From: a virus
Taxonomy: Duplodnaviria; Caudoviricetes
DNA: 64,000 bases
Strand: one strand, 5' to 3'
IMG/VR virus record: IMGVR_UViG_3300034106_004043
The notes beneath the pieces are model-generated. The model made no database searches and was not told the DNA's origin. It worked only from the letters and a program-made list of their open reading frames with translations. Position 1 is the first letter of the stretch; each line of letters starts with the position of its first letter. A program made the position numbers and the translations under genes. This document shows positions 37,488 through 47,914 of the stretch, in pieces.

Positions 37488-39721
37488 TATCTTGCAACTT
37501 CTGTTATTCTCAACCACATTGAAGTAGATGAATTTACTATTGTGATACTATCATCCGCAGAACTTCTACGACATGCAACTACTATCGATTTTGCGGTTGT
37601 ATTAGAGTTAGTGTATCTACCCGTTAATGGAAATAAAACACCTGTACGAAATCCATTAACCGTGCTTTGTACTGAATAGGTTATTTCACCACCATCAACC
37701 TTTATTCTAGATATGTATGAATCATTACCTGTACCAGAAGTAAAATCAAAAGATGCTAAGTGATAATGTATTACTAAATAACTTGTAGAACTTAATGGTG
37801 TATAACTATAAGTAACAAAATCAGTATCCGAAGTACTGGTAGCAATAGTTGTAGTACTAACAGTTACCTCAGTATTACTCAAAATAATATCGTTAATTAC
37901 CTGACCGGCTCTCCACGCATTAGCCTTTATAAATCCTGTAAATACCACATTACCTGTGGTATCTATAGCCATTTTTACCGCACCTCCTGCTTCATTTAAA
38001 TTATTTGTGATACGAACTAACTGTCCACTTAGAACATCAAATGACCCATTAAAACTATCAATACCAAAGTTTGAATTATTAGCATAATAAAACAAAACAC
38101 CCGGAGTATCTGTACTATTATTATCAAGAAGAACATCACCAGTAGCTGACCCCGCCTTTGTAAATGTTCCGTTACCAAAAGATGTTACACCTGTAGTACT
38201 TATATTACCATTAACACTTGTATTACCTGTAACTGATAATGTAGTACCATCAAAAGTCATTCTAGCCTGAGCAACCGCAGCATTAGATGTCCCATCAGAT
38301 GTTAATACTCTATTACTACCCGGACTTGTGATTGTGGTAAATCCTGTACCTGATGTTCCGGCAGAACCGGAACTACCCGATGAACCTGATGTACCAGAAC
38401 TACCTGAAGTTCCTGAAGAACCACTTGAACCTGATGTTCCGCTAGTTCCTGAAGAGCCACTTGAACCTGATGTTCCGCTAGTTCCTGAAGAGCCAGTACT
38501 TCCACTTGACCCTGAAGAACCACTACTACCACTTGAACCATATGTACCAGAACTACCTGAAGTTCCACTACTACCACTTGTTCCTGACGAACCTGTAGAA
38601 CCCGAACTCCCCGAACTTCCTGATGACCCAGACGTTCCTGATGAACCAAAAGATAAACCCGAACTTCCTGATGACCCCGCACTTCCCGAAGCACCTGTAG
38701 AACCACTACCACCACCTCCACCACCAACAGGCATAACGGTAACAATCAAAGAAGGAATTGCTGGATGTAAAGCAGTTGATGCCTCTGCCAATAATGAAAT
38801 ATTGACATTGTTAGTCGCCCACATTAATTCAACATATGTTCCGGCAGTTACAGTAATTAAAAAATCCCAAGCAGCAACTAAATATGGGTTGTTTGTAGGA
38901 ACTGAAACTTTTGTATTGGTATTAGGAACATTAACACCATTTTGTCTTAACCAAATATCAACATCCACACCCGCACCACCACCTTTATTATTGTTTAATT
39001 GAACCGAGAATTGAATATCATAAGTTCCAGCACTAGCAAAAGTGATTTGTGAACCTGAAACAATCGTAATACCACTAGCCTCAGCAGTACTATTCAATCT
39101 CATAGGATATGCGGTATTGATTAGTGTCGCCGTTTGTCCTGATGTATCATAGAACGAACCATATAAATTAACACCTGAAGTTAAAGCTCCCGTTGAAAAC
39201 TTTCTCCATGCCGCAGTACTATATGTTGCACCACTAACATCTTCAATAGTGTTAGCAGTCCAAGAATTAATAAACGACTGACCCGCAGCAGTTTTATTAT
39301 TTATTGTTGTTCCAAAATCAGAAACCTGAGCACATCCCGTACTAGCAGTCGCAGCATTAAATAAAGTCTCGTAATCATTAATATGATATTGATAAACTTG
39401 GTCAACCTCATAAACATAAGCCAACATACCAAGTCGTCTTCTACCTGATGAAATATTATCTGAAGCTAATGTAATTACATCAGGAGACCAAGCGGCACCC
39501 GTTCCCTTTGTAAACTCAATAGGAATAGTATTACCTGAATATTCAATACTTCCCGTTGTTCCTGTTGGTATTGTATAATAAAGGTCAGATAAACTGAAAA
39601 CCTCCATATAACCACCCGTATTGTTAACACTGAAAGTAGTACCATAAGTATTGTTTCTTGGGACACTTTGTGTTCCATTTAGTTGGATAGACGATATTGG
39701 ATTTTTATATGGGAAACTCAT
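37487..39721 (-). CDS. short collagen-like fibre, paralog of the giant fibre, with a C1q/BclA-C-like domain
   Basis: Shared N-terminus (SDNISSGRRRLGM); YGSFYD...ITFASAGTYDIQFSVQL TNF/C1q-like jelly roll; ~40 Gly-X-Y triplets at 38345-38710; fibre-tip C-terminus. Confidence 0.75.
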   Translation of the reverse strand: MSFPYKNPISSIQLNGTQSVPRNNTYGTTFSVNNTGGYMEVFSLSDLYYTIPTGTTGSIEYSGNTIPIEFTKGTGAAWSPDVITLASDNISSGRRRLGMLAYVYEVDQVYQYHINDYETLFNAATASTGCAQVSDFGTTINNKTAAGQSFINSWTANTIEDVSGATYSTAAWRKFSTGALTSGVNLYGSFYDTSGQTATLINTAYPMRLNSTAEASGITIVSGSQITFASAGTYDIQFSVQLNNNKGGGAGVDVDIWLRQNGVNVPNTNTKVSVPTNNPYLVAAWDFLITVTAGTYVELMWATNNVNISLLAEASTALHPAIPSLIVTVMPVGGGGGGSGSTGASGSAGSSGSSGLSFGSSGTSGSSGSSGSSGSTGSSGTSGSSGTSGSSGTYGSSGSSGSSGSSGSTGSSGTSGTSGSSGSSGTSGTSGSSGSSGTSGSSGTSGSSGSSGSAGTSGTGFTTITSPGSNRVLTSDGTSNAAVAQARMTFDGTTLSVTGNTSVNGNISTTGVTSFGNGTFTKAGSATGDVLLDNNSTDTPGVLFYYANNSNFGIDSFNGSFDVLSGQLVRITNNLNEAGGAVKMAIDTTGNVVFTGFIKANAWRAGQVINDIILSNTEVTVSTTTIATSTSDTDFVTYSYTPLSSTSYLVIHYHLASFDFTSGTGNDSYISRIKVDGGEITYSVQSTVNGFRTGVLFPLTGRYTNSNTTAKSIVVACRRSSADDSITIVNSSTSMWLRITEVAR

Positions 39722-39730
39722 TTACTATAA

Positions 39731-40735
39731 TTATATATCAACCTTACTTCCTCTAAAATAAAGGTCGTAAGTATTATCCAATTCAAATGTATTTGATGGG
39801 TATGTTGTGTAAACTTTATATTCCGCCTTAACAATAGTTCCACCAGTATAATTAAATGTGTTTGAATATATTGTTGGTTCCATTTTCACACTTGTAAAAA
39901 CATTTGGATTTACAATTCCTAAATCAATCTCAATTTGATATTTGTAATTAGTATATACCACAGGTATTATCCATGTGTACCACGCCTTAGAACCTACAGT
40001 ATTTTCAGGTACTTTTGTTGTTAAAAAGTTGTAAGCAATTATTGGGTTACCATATGAATCCAAACCACTTGTTGTAATCGGTACTGTCTGTTTTATAATT
40101 GACGGGAATGAACCTGATGTCCATCCTGAATAATTAACATATCTATTCATGTCTAAATCAAACGTAGATGCTGATGTACTTGGTTGAGAAGTATTTGTAA
40201 AACCATAAAAACTTGAACCGAGTGAACTCATATAAGAACCAATACTTGATGACCCTGAATATGGTTCAATGAATAAGTAAGCATATAAAAAAGGTTCAGG
40301 TGTTTGAGTTGGTGTAGGTGTTGTCGTAACCGTAGGAGTTACTGTCTTAGTCGGAGTAATACTTGGTGTAACTGTATTTGTTGGTGTAATTGACGGAGTA
40401 ATACTTGGTGTTGGAGTAAATGATGGAGTAACACTTAGTGTTGGAGTATTCGATGGTGTTAAAGATAATGTGGGAGTATTTGTCGGTGTAATACTTGGTG
40501 TTGGAGTTGGTGTTAAACACATGTAATTTTGTGTAAATACACATCCCGTTGAATCAACAATCTTAATTAATAATTGAGGAGCTGTTGTATAACCACTTGG
40601 CACAGGAAAACTAACTGATGGTGGAATGTAATCCGTGAAAGTTCCTATAAATTGACAATTAAACTGGAAAATATCACAAACATATATTTGATACGGTGGA
40701 ATACCTGAAACACTATCAATAGTAATTAAACTCAT
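39731..40735 (-). CDS. virion protein: SprB-like domain, TP linker, fibre-partner domain
   Basis: [10 protein letters not shown]...IVDSTGC; TPT repeats; YAYLFIEP...[10 protein letters not shown] matches YAYVFAEP...MNKYASYSGF of 28706-29914. Confidence 0.65.
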   Translation of the reverse strand: MSLITIDSVSGIPPYQIYVCDIFQFNCQFIGTFTDYIPPSVSFPVPSGYTTAPQLLIKIVDSTGCVFTQNYMCLTPTPTPSITPTNTPTLSLTPSNTPTLSVTPSFTPTPSITPSITPTNTVTPSITPTKTVTPTVTTTPTPTQTPEPFLYAYLFIEPYSGSSSIGSYMSSLGSSFYGFTNTSQPSTSASTFDLDMNRYVNYSGWTSGSFPSIIKQTVPITTSGLDSYGNPIIAYNFLTTKVPENTVGSKAWYTWIIPVVYTNYKYQIEIDLGIVNPNVFTSVKMEPTIYSNTFNYTGGTIVKAEYKVYTTYPSNTFELDNTYDLYFRGSKVDI

Positions 40736-40740
40736 CTAAA

Positions 40741-40747
40741 ATAAATA
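40741..40747 (-). promoter_or_regulatory. TATTTAT putative late promoter
   Basis: 5 nt upstream of ATG 40735. Confidence 0.45.
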
Positions 40748-40761
40748 CTTCAAACAGAACT

Positions 40762-42906
40762 TTAAGTTCTACATGAAATATTATAAACTACTCTAACACT
40801 AATTGTTAATAATTCATCTTTATATACTTCAACCCCACCAACAACTTGAGACTCAATAACAATAGTATTAGTGTCAGGATTAATTTCAGTACTCTGTAAA
40901 TTAGGTATTAAAGATAGTAATGACTCAATTGCCGTTATAAAATTATCAGTCGATGGTACTGAATTTAAATTAGGTGATACATAAAATACTGATGAATATG
41001 TAGTGCCAGTTATTTCAATATCACAATTAAATTGAGCGTAATTTAATTTACAATCATCATGTCCACTAACTAAATTAGCATACCCTGTAAATAACATATT
41101 TCTAAAATCATATGTTTTTGTAGGAATATATGTTGGTGTGGATACTTTAACAGGTTGTACTTTAGAATAACTAATTAAAGGATTACAAGTTATTGTTTTA
41201 CTTTTAGTTGTTACACATCCTGTAGCAGCACTTACTGTTAATGTATATGTTCCAGCAGTCAATCCTGTTAGATAAACACCTGTTTGCCCATTTACATTAC
41301 TACTCCAAGTTAAATCAACAGGAAAATCAGTGTAATTAATCATTGCGCTTATTGTACCCCCACTACCATTACCACAACTTGTACCATACAAAAGAACATT
41401 AATAGGGCTTGTGTCTATAATATTAACTGAATAACTTTGACTACAATAATTTGAGTCAGTAACTATTAAGTCATAAACTCCTGCGGTTAGATTAGAAAAT
41501 GTATATGCCGTTGATATAGTTTGAATTGATGTAACACCATTAGATAAACTATATGTATAAGTTAATCCTGTTACAACAGGTGTAACTTCTAAGTAGATAC
41601 TACCACCATTAAAACTACAGTTTGTAGTAGTTGCAGTTATTGAAGTTGCAAATGATAAACTTGTATTAATTGAAAAGTTTTTAGTATATGTGCAAGCAGA
41701 TGTCGCATCATTTATCGTTACTGTATAGTTACCTGAAGATAAATCGCCAAAAGATTGATTTGGAATATTAACAGTGTTAATTAATGTATAACCACTATTG
41801 TTTGTAAAATTATAAGTATAAGGTGTTGCCCCACCTTGTAATTGAATATTATAAACCCCTGAATTATTGTTACAACTTGAGTCAGTTATTGATTCCGAAA
41901 CAACAAAGAAAGTATTTGGTGTTTGTAATACAACATTAAATGTTGCAGTACATAAAGCAACGTCAGTAACTTCTAACGTATAATTACCAGCCGATAAACC
42001 ACTAAAAGTTAAAAATTGGTCATAACTAACTAACGAGTCACCATTACTTAATAAATAAAAGTAAGGTCCTGTACCACCTGAGATGTAATAAGTAATTGAA
42101 CCTGTATTACCTGTACATGTCGGTGAAACTAATGTATATGTTATTAAACCTATCGGGTCGGCATTTAATACTGTAGTTGTTTTTGTTATTGAACATCCTT
42201 GTGAGTCAGTAACGGTACAAAAATAGTTACCACTAGTTAAACCTGTAACAGATGATGTTGTTGGAGAACCACTAATATTTGATGACCATGTATAAGTATA
42301 TGGTGGTATTCCTGTAACACCTGTAACAAATATTTTACCATTTGTAAGTGAACATGCTGGATTATTTACAACATAAAATCCAAAATCCATAGAACTTGTA
42401 TTGTAAAGTACAACATTTTCAGACTCTCCATAACATCCACCATAATTAGTACAAGTCGCATAATAAACACCTTCAGGTAAATTAACAAATGTATATTGAT
42501 TAGCACTTGTAACCGTTGCGGTACTATATTGTACATTATCTTTAAATAATGTTATTTCATTAGTACCATAATTGGTGTATGTATTAACACTTAATGACCC
42601 ATTTGATAATCCACACGAAGTATTTTGAACATCTTGTATAAATAAGGTGCTTGCGGATGTAATATAAACTTGTATAACTCCTGAAGATTGATTAACAGGA
42701 ACTGATGAGTCGTTCACATAAAATTGGTAAGTTCCAGCACTTAATCCTGTAATCGAATAATTTCCTGTTGTTGATGCAGATGCGTATAATGGTGTTAACC
42801 AATTAACAATATAAGGTGTATTACCACTTGTAAAATCAATACTAAAACTACCTAAGTTACTATTAGTACAATCTCCAGTTACCGATATGTTATAAAAAAA
42901 TGACAT
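40762..42906 (-). CDS. SprB-repeat virion protein (~7 repeats)
   Basis: Repeated C...NGxIxV..GG..PYTYxW...GLxAGxYxVTVTDxxGC. Confidence 0.8.
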   Translation of the reverse strand: MSFFYNISVTGDCTNSNLGSFSIDFTSGNTPYIVNWLTPLYASASTTGNYSITGLSAGTYQFYVNDSSVPVNQSSGVIQVYITSASTLFIQDVQNTSCGLSNGSLSVNTYTNYGTNEITLFKDNVQYSTATVTSANQYTFVNLPEGVYYATCTNYGGCYGESENVVLYNTSSMDFGFYVVNNPACSLTNGKIFVTGVTGIPPYTYTWSSNISGSPTTSSVTGLTSGNYFCTVTDSQGCSITKTTTVLNADPIGLITYTLVSPTCTGNTGSITYYISGGTGPYFYLLSNGDSLVSYDQFLTFSGLSAGNYTLEVTDVALCTATFNVVLQTPNTFFVVSESITDSSCNNNSGVYNIQLQGGATPYTYNFTNNSGYTLINTVNIPNQSFGDLSSGNYTVTINDATSACTYTKNFSINTSLSFATSITATTTNCSFNGGSIYLEVTPVVTGLTYTYSLSNGVTSIQTISTAYTFSNLTAGVYDLIVTDSNYCSQSYSVNIIDTSPINVLLYGTSCGNGSGGTISAMINYTDFPVDLTWSSNVNGQTGVYLTGLTAGTYTLTVSAATGCVTTKSKTITCNPLISYSKVQPVKVSTPTYIPTKTYDFRNMLFTGYANLVSGHDDCKLNYAQFNCDIEITGTTYSSVFYVSPNLNSVPSTDNFITAIESLLSLIPNLQSTEINPDTNTIVIESQVVGGVEVYKDELLTISVRVVYNISCRT

Positions 42907-42907
42907 G

Positions 42908-45862
42908 TTATAAACAGCTTGTTGTTAAATTAACTATAATGTTTATGTCAGTAGACACTGGTGCGGTTTCAAAGAATGTTACATTATTAGATTCTAAAAT
43001 ATAATATAAATTAGGATATGAATAATCATAAGTAGCAACAATTCCAACATCAAACAATTGAGATTGTATATCAGTAAATCCTTCAATTACAATATCATAC
43101 CATTGTTCATTTGTTAAGGTAGCACCATTAAAATAATTTTCAGGATTACCAGGATAAACAAAATTAACACCATTTATGGTAAATGAAAAACCAAAATAAA
43201 CTGAAACAGTACTTAGGTTAGGACTACATTCATTATCAATAATCCAATCTTGTAACGTCATGTTATAAGCCTCAATAACTGCACCTTGGTCAACAAATAA
43301 AATCGGATATGTTATTGACGGAGCCCCAACAGTACCCTCAATAGTACCATTACTAATAGGACCTACAGTATCCTCAGAACCTATTTGACACATTCTTTGT
43401 CTTCTATAAACAAACTTTTGTCTATGAAAAATAGAATTTTCAAATTTAGTTCCAGTATTCCAAATAGTCGTAGCAGGTATAAATTGTTCAACCAATCTTA
43501 TCCATGAATCACCCAAACCATTAATATATTCAATCATGTTTTGGTAATTAAAATTATTGTTTTGAATTCCAACATCTTGGTACATAGTAAGATATTTCCA
43601 AAATAAAGATTGTAATGTAGGGTATCCACTCGTCTTACCGTCAGAGGAGAATTGTCTATTTCTCACATTAATCATGTTACTCCAAAAAGTTTTATAAAAC
43701 TCGAAGAAGGTTTCATATTGTGGTTGAGGATTTATAAATGTCCAATCTATCCCTCCAACTTGTGGATATGGATTAGATAACCCTGATGATGGTATTGGAT
43801 AGTTTTGTGTGTTTGATAGATACCAAACATCATAAGTTAAAGCTTGAGCAGGATTTAAAAACAAATCAACATTTTTAACATTCAATACTAATCTATCATC
43901 ACTAACTGTATAATAAGCATCAAATAAATTGTCAGTATTTTTTCTTAATGGTGGTTGTAAGTCACTCCAACTCTTTTTATTATCATTAACTTTTTTAAGT
44001 GAAAATCCGTAATTTAAGAAAGGGAAATCTCTAAATGTTTCTAAATATTTTTGACCATATGTAAATGGTTCTAATTGCGTTTGAACATTTAAGTTTTGAC
44101 CCGTAAATGAATCAGTAGTTATTATTAATTCTTCAGGAGACCTATGTTCCGGAGTCTGTTCAAACCATCCCTCTCCCTTTTGGAAAAACATGTTCTCCGT
44201 ATTTGCCCTTGGACTTGGGTATCCCTGACTATCAATAGGGTAATCATCAATCGTAGTTGTCACAGTTTCTATTGTTGTCGTTGAGGTATAAGCAGTAAAT
44301 GGGTTACCTTGGAAACTATATATATTTAAGGGGTCAAATGACGGTGTTTCAGGTATAAATACACCACCTGAAATTTGTTGGAATAACTCATTAAATCTTT
44401 CTATGTTAATCGGACTATCCGCAACATAAACATTCTCATTAAATTCTATTAATGCTTCAGGAGCACCAATGTAATTCATCAAGAAATCAATAGCCTTTCT
44501 TGTACCTTTTGACTTATACAAATACGCAGAATTTAAAATTAAATTTCTGTAAAATTGACTATTTAAATCATCAATAGTTTGACTTGTTGAGTATCCTGGA
44601 AAAGCATTTTGAGTTGTTCCATATACGGAAGTAATGTAATTAACATTAGTTATTGGTGATATATTTGTTGACCATCCTATAGTTTCCGCTAAATTTGGTA
44701 ATAATTTAGATGGAATATCATTCCCAACATTGTAATTAACAGAATTCATGAACGAAAGAGCGTCTATGTATTTTTTACTTTCGTCAAAACTTCTTCCGTA
44801 TATTTTTAAAGTTTTTTCAACTTTTTTATCAGGTGTATCAAATTCCTGAAAAGCATCCGTCACATAAAACCTTGATAATAAATCTGTCTGTTGACTGTCA
44901 AATTCATTACCAATCTGATTTAACTTTTCAATATACGCCGAAAAGTTTTCGGTTCTTATATCTATATTCCATGAACCATCTAAAGTCCAAGTAACATTTT
45001 CATATCTTGTAAAAATATTACCATTATCCGCCTCAGTTGGTATTTGAAATTGAGCAGTATAGATTGGAGTGACGTACCTATATAAAAGAAATTCATCGAC
45101 CTCATCTAAATTAAGATTAAAAACTTCATTAACAATAACATCATTTGGTCTAATAACTATTGTATCAACTGATGTTGTGTTACCTGAAAAAGGATTTCCA
45201 TCAACCTGTATTGTTAACGTACCGGCAGTTAAGCTTTGTGATGGGAATAAATAAGATAACGGATATTGGTTTCCGTTTACTATTAAAACATACGCCGGAA
45301 ATGTTTCTTTAAGATTCCTATATCGTGAAATTTCAAATGGTAAACTATTAATGTCACTAGTTGCATTTACTGTGAAATTAATTTCAAAAGGATTTCTTAT
45401 AGCACTTATTGGTAAATCTAATTCTGTAACATTTTCGTTTGAATAAAATGTTATATTTTGAGCAGTATTACCTGTTGTATAACCTTCTCTTAAATTAATT
45501 ATTTCTAAAGCCGCTGGAAAATAATTAATAATATTAACTATTGACGATTCAAATCTTTTTGTTAAAGAACCATAAGCAGTAAAATTGGTAATTTTTGTAC
45601 TATCAAAATTTGGTATTACCTTAAAATTGTTTTGAAAAACCTGAAATGATTTTCCTATATCAATACCTAAGTCATTTAATGATATAGGTGTCGAGAATGT
45701 CCCAATATCAAAGCTTCGATTGGACTTTTCAACAACTGCAATAGTAAAGTCAAAAGTTGCAGTAGTTAATCCACCACCTTTCACAAGTTGTAGTCCGACA
45801 ATATTATCGGAAAATGTACTAGCGCCTGTAGGTCCTTGTGGTGGACATTTATATGTTGCCAT
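42908..45862 (-). CDS. baseplate wedge protein (P2 gpI / T4 gp7-like domain)
   Basis: LLPNLAETIGW...RNLILNSAYLYKSKGTRKAIDFLMNYIG motif; located in the baseplate cluster. Confidence 0.6.
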   Translation of the reverse strand: MATYKCPPQGPTGASTFSDNIVGLQLVKGGGLTTATFDFTIAVVEKSNRSFDIGTFSTPISLNDLGIDIGKSFQVFQNNFKVIPNFDSTKITNFTAYGSLTKRFESSIVNIINYFPAALEIINLREGYTTGNTAQNITFYSNENVTELDLPISAIRNPFEINFTVNATSDINSLPFEISRYRNLKETFPAYVLIVNGNQYPLSYLFPSQSLTAGTLTIQVDGNPFSGNTTSVDTIVIRPNDVIVNEVFNLNLDEVDEFLLYRYVTPIYTAQFQIPTEADNGNIFTRYENVTWTLDGSWNIDIRTENFSAYIEKLNQIGNEFDSQQTDLLSRFYVTDAFQEFDTPDKKVEKTLKIYGRSFDESKKYIDALSFMNSVNYNVGNDIPSKLLPNLAETIGWSTNISPITNVNYITSVYGTTQNAFPGYSTSQTIDDLNSQFYRNLILNSAYLYKSKGTRKAIDFLMNYIGAPEALIEFNENVYVADSPINIERFNELFQQISGGVFIPETPSFDPLNIYSFQGNPFTAYTSTTTIETVTTTIDDYPIDSQGYPSPRANTENMFFQKGEGWFEQTPEHRSPEELIITTDSFTGQNLNVQTQLEPFTYGQKYLETFRDFPFLNYGFSLKKVNDNKKSWSDLQPPLRKNTDNLFDAYYTVSDDRLVLNVKNVDLFLNPAQALTYDVWYLSNTQNYPIPSSGLSNPYPQVGGIDWTFINPQPQYETFFEFYKTFWSNMINVRNRQFSSDGKTSGYPTLQSLFWKYLTMYQDVGIQNNNFNYQNMIEYINGLGDSWIRLVEQFIPATTIWNTGTKFENSIFHRQKFVYRRQRMCQIGSEDTVGPISNGTIEGTVGAPSITYPILFVDQGAVIEAYNMTLQDWIIDNECSPNLSTVSVYFGFSFTINGVNFVYPGNPENYFNGATLTNEQWYDIVIEGFTDIQSQLFDVGIVATYDYSYPNLYYILESNNVTFFETAPVSTDINIIVNLTTSCL

Positions 45863-46767
45863 TAAACAATAATAGTTTCAAAGTTTTTAGTTCTATCAAT
45901 ATCATCCCCTCTATCTTGTCTAACCTCATACAACAATTGATTTAATTGGTCTCTAATTTCGTATAAGTTATATTGTTTATAGATGTTATTAGAAGTATCG
46001 TAGATAGTATAAATTCCATCATCAATAGATTTAGTTTGATTACCATAAAGAGCAATTGCTAATGTTGATATATCATGTTCAACAATTTCAACTTCTAAAG
46101 ATATTGGGTTAAAAAATGTATTTGTAATTACAATATTTTGATTTGGTTGTCCAATATTAGGTATAGCATTTGGTCTGTTTGTTGGTGCGGATGAAGGTGA
46201 CAATGTACAAAATACTAAATTAGATGAACCTTGAGAATAAATATATCTAATAGATTTGTCTTGTGTGTTTGTTAAGTTTTGAGTAACAGGTTCACAATAA
46301 AAATTAGAAGTAATAATTCTATAAAAGTTAGGAATTTTAGTGTTGTCTGTCGGGTCGTAATATTCAACTCTAAATCCAACCAATCCTTGATTTGCGAAAT
46401 TTGTTAAAAAATTTGACGGCACATTTGATAAATCAATAACTATCCCTTTAACATTAGGTAACGAACTTAAAATACCACAATCAGTAATTACTGTATTAAT
46501 TTGTGCGGGTCTTAAAATCAATGTATAAATCCCTAAATTATTAAATTGATTTGCAGGTAAATTTAAATTATACAAACCTCCTAATATTTGGTTTGCATCC
46601 CCACCTGTATTTGTATTATTGAAATATGGTGTAAGATTTGAATTTGGTATCGTGAAAAGAGTGAAATTTTCAGTCTGGTCGCGTGATGCCGTATAATGAA
46701 CTATTATTTCAACATCTGCGGGACTTACATCCGCTAGTCTTATTGTTCCGTAATTACCTGTTGCCAC
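45862..46767 (-). CDS. conserved virion structural protein
   Basis: 301-aa ORF with GTG start; its stop overlaps the next ATG. Confidence 0.55.
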   Translation of the reverse strand: MATGNYGTIRLADVSPADVEIIVHYTASRDQTENFTLFTIPNSNLTPYFNNTNTGGDANQILGGLYNLNLPANQFNNLGIYTLILRPAQINTVITDCGILSSLPNVKGIVIDLSNVPSNFLTNFANQGLVGFRVEYYDPTDNTKIPNFYRIITSNFYCEPVTQNLTNTQDKSIRYIYSQGSSNLVFCTLSPSSAPTNRPNAIPNIGQPNQNIVITNTFFNPISLEVEIVEHDISTLAIALYGNQTKSIDDGIYTIYDTSNNIYKQYNLYEIRDQLNQLLYEVRQDRGDDIDRTKNFETIIV

Positions 46768-46794
46768 AAATTTTTATTTATGTATGTTTATTTT

Positions 46795-46802
46795 TATAAA
46801 TA
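46795..46802 (-). promoter_or_regulatory. TATTTATA putative late promoter
   Basis: 27 nt upstream of GTG 46767. Confidence 0.45.
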
Positions 46803-46819
46803 GTAATAATGATTTTTTT

Positions 46820-47914
46820 TTAACTCTTAACAACGTTGAAAAAACCATATCCGTATTTTACTAACCCTGGTGCAGTACCTACTTCACCTATTCTTCTAAA
46901 ATTCTCTAATCCACTATTAACCCCTCTCTCAATCAAAACAGTCGTTTCAATTTGGAAATCATCAATAACATTCATTAAAACTTCATTTTTAGTTATTGCA
47001 CTATAATGTAACATTGATTCAGTTAATCCTGAAGAATATGCAACAAATACTGAAGTACCACCTGAAAAATCTAAATAATCTATATTATTAATTGTATACG
47101 CCGTATATCCATTTTGTATGTTTGTAACAGTTCCTGTACAACCTGAGCAGTTTGGAATAGATATCTCAACACCAATCTGATATGGATTTGAACCATATAA
47201 CGCCAATTCTCTTATTCTTGACTGAGTTGACCCTGAAATAACATAAGGTACTGAGACATAAGCTGGTGTTGATTGTTCGTATAGGTTGAGATTAGAGTCA
47301 CCAGTCCATGTAAAATTATATGATGACGGAGCGGTACTCCAACTACCTCCTTGTGAAACAAAAGTAACTGTGCCTAAGGGGTTTAAAATGTCAACATTTG
47401 TAAATGGTACCTCCACTGTTTTTTGAACTGTTAGTACACCAAAACTATTAAATTGAGTTAAAGTAATAACAAAGTTTTGAGGGTTATTTGAATCACACTG
47501 TGAATAGACATGACTAATGTAATCAGGTGAAAAATTAGTTATAGATTGAACAGGTGTTCCATCACCCCAATCAACCTGATATGTTGAGTCTTGTAAATAA
47601 TTAATTGTACTTTCTGTAGTATTATAAACATAATATGTGCATGGTGACCCTGTTGTTGCACTAAAAAGAAAATTAACATTAACATTTTGTTGACTAATAT
47701 CACCATCAAATACTGAGTAGTAACCTATATCATGATAATCTTGATTTAATACAATCGGTATTGTTAATCCTGTAAATAATGAAGAACCATTTGTTCCACC
47801 ACTTAACATTTGACTAAGACCTGAGTATACACCAAAAGTATTACCATCATAAGTTTCGCTAATAATGTCAGTCTTTAAAAACTCAGGTGATATTTTTATT
47901 CTAATAGTATCCAT
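46820..47914 (-). CDS. virion structural protein with PKD-like domain
   Basis: YQVDWGDGT...SHVY motif. Confidence 0.55.
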   Translation of the reverse strand: MDTIRIKISPEFLKTDIISETYDGNTFGVYSGLSQMLSGGTNGSSLFTGLTIPIVLNQDYHDIGYYSVFDGDISQQNVNVNFLFSATTGSPCTYYVYNTTESTINYLQDSTYQVDWGDGTPVQSITNFSPDYISHVYSQCDSNNPQNFVITLTQFNSFGVLTVQKTVEVPFTNVDILNPLGTVTFVSQGGSWSTAPSSYNFTWTGDSNLNLYEQSTPAYVSVPYVISGSTQSRIRELALYGSNPYQIGVEISIPNCSGCTGTVTNIQNGYTAYTINNIDYLDFSGGTSVFVAYSSGLTESMLHYSAITKNEVLMNVIDDFQIETTVLIERGVNSGLENFRRIGEVGTAPGLVKYGYGFFNVVKS

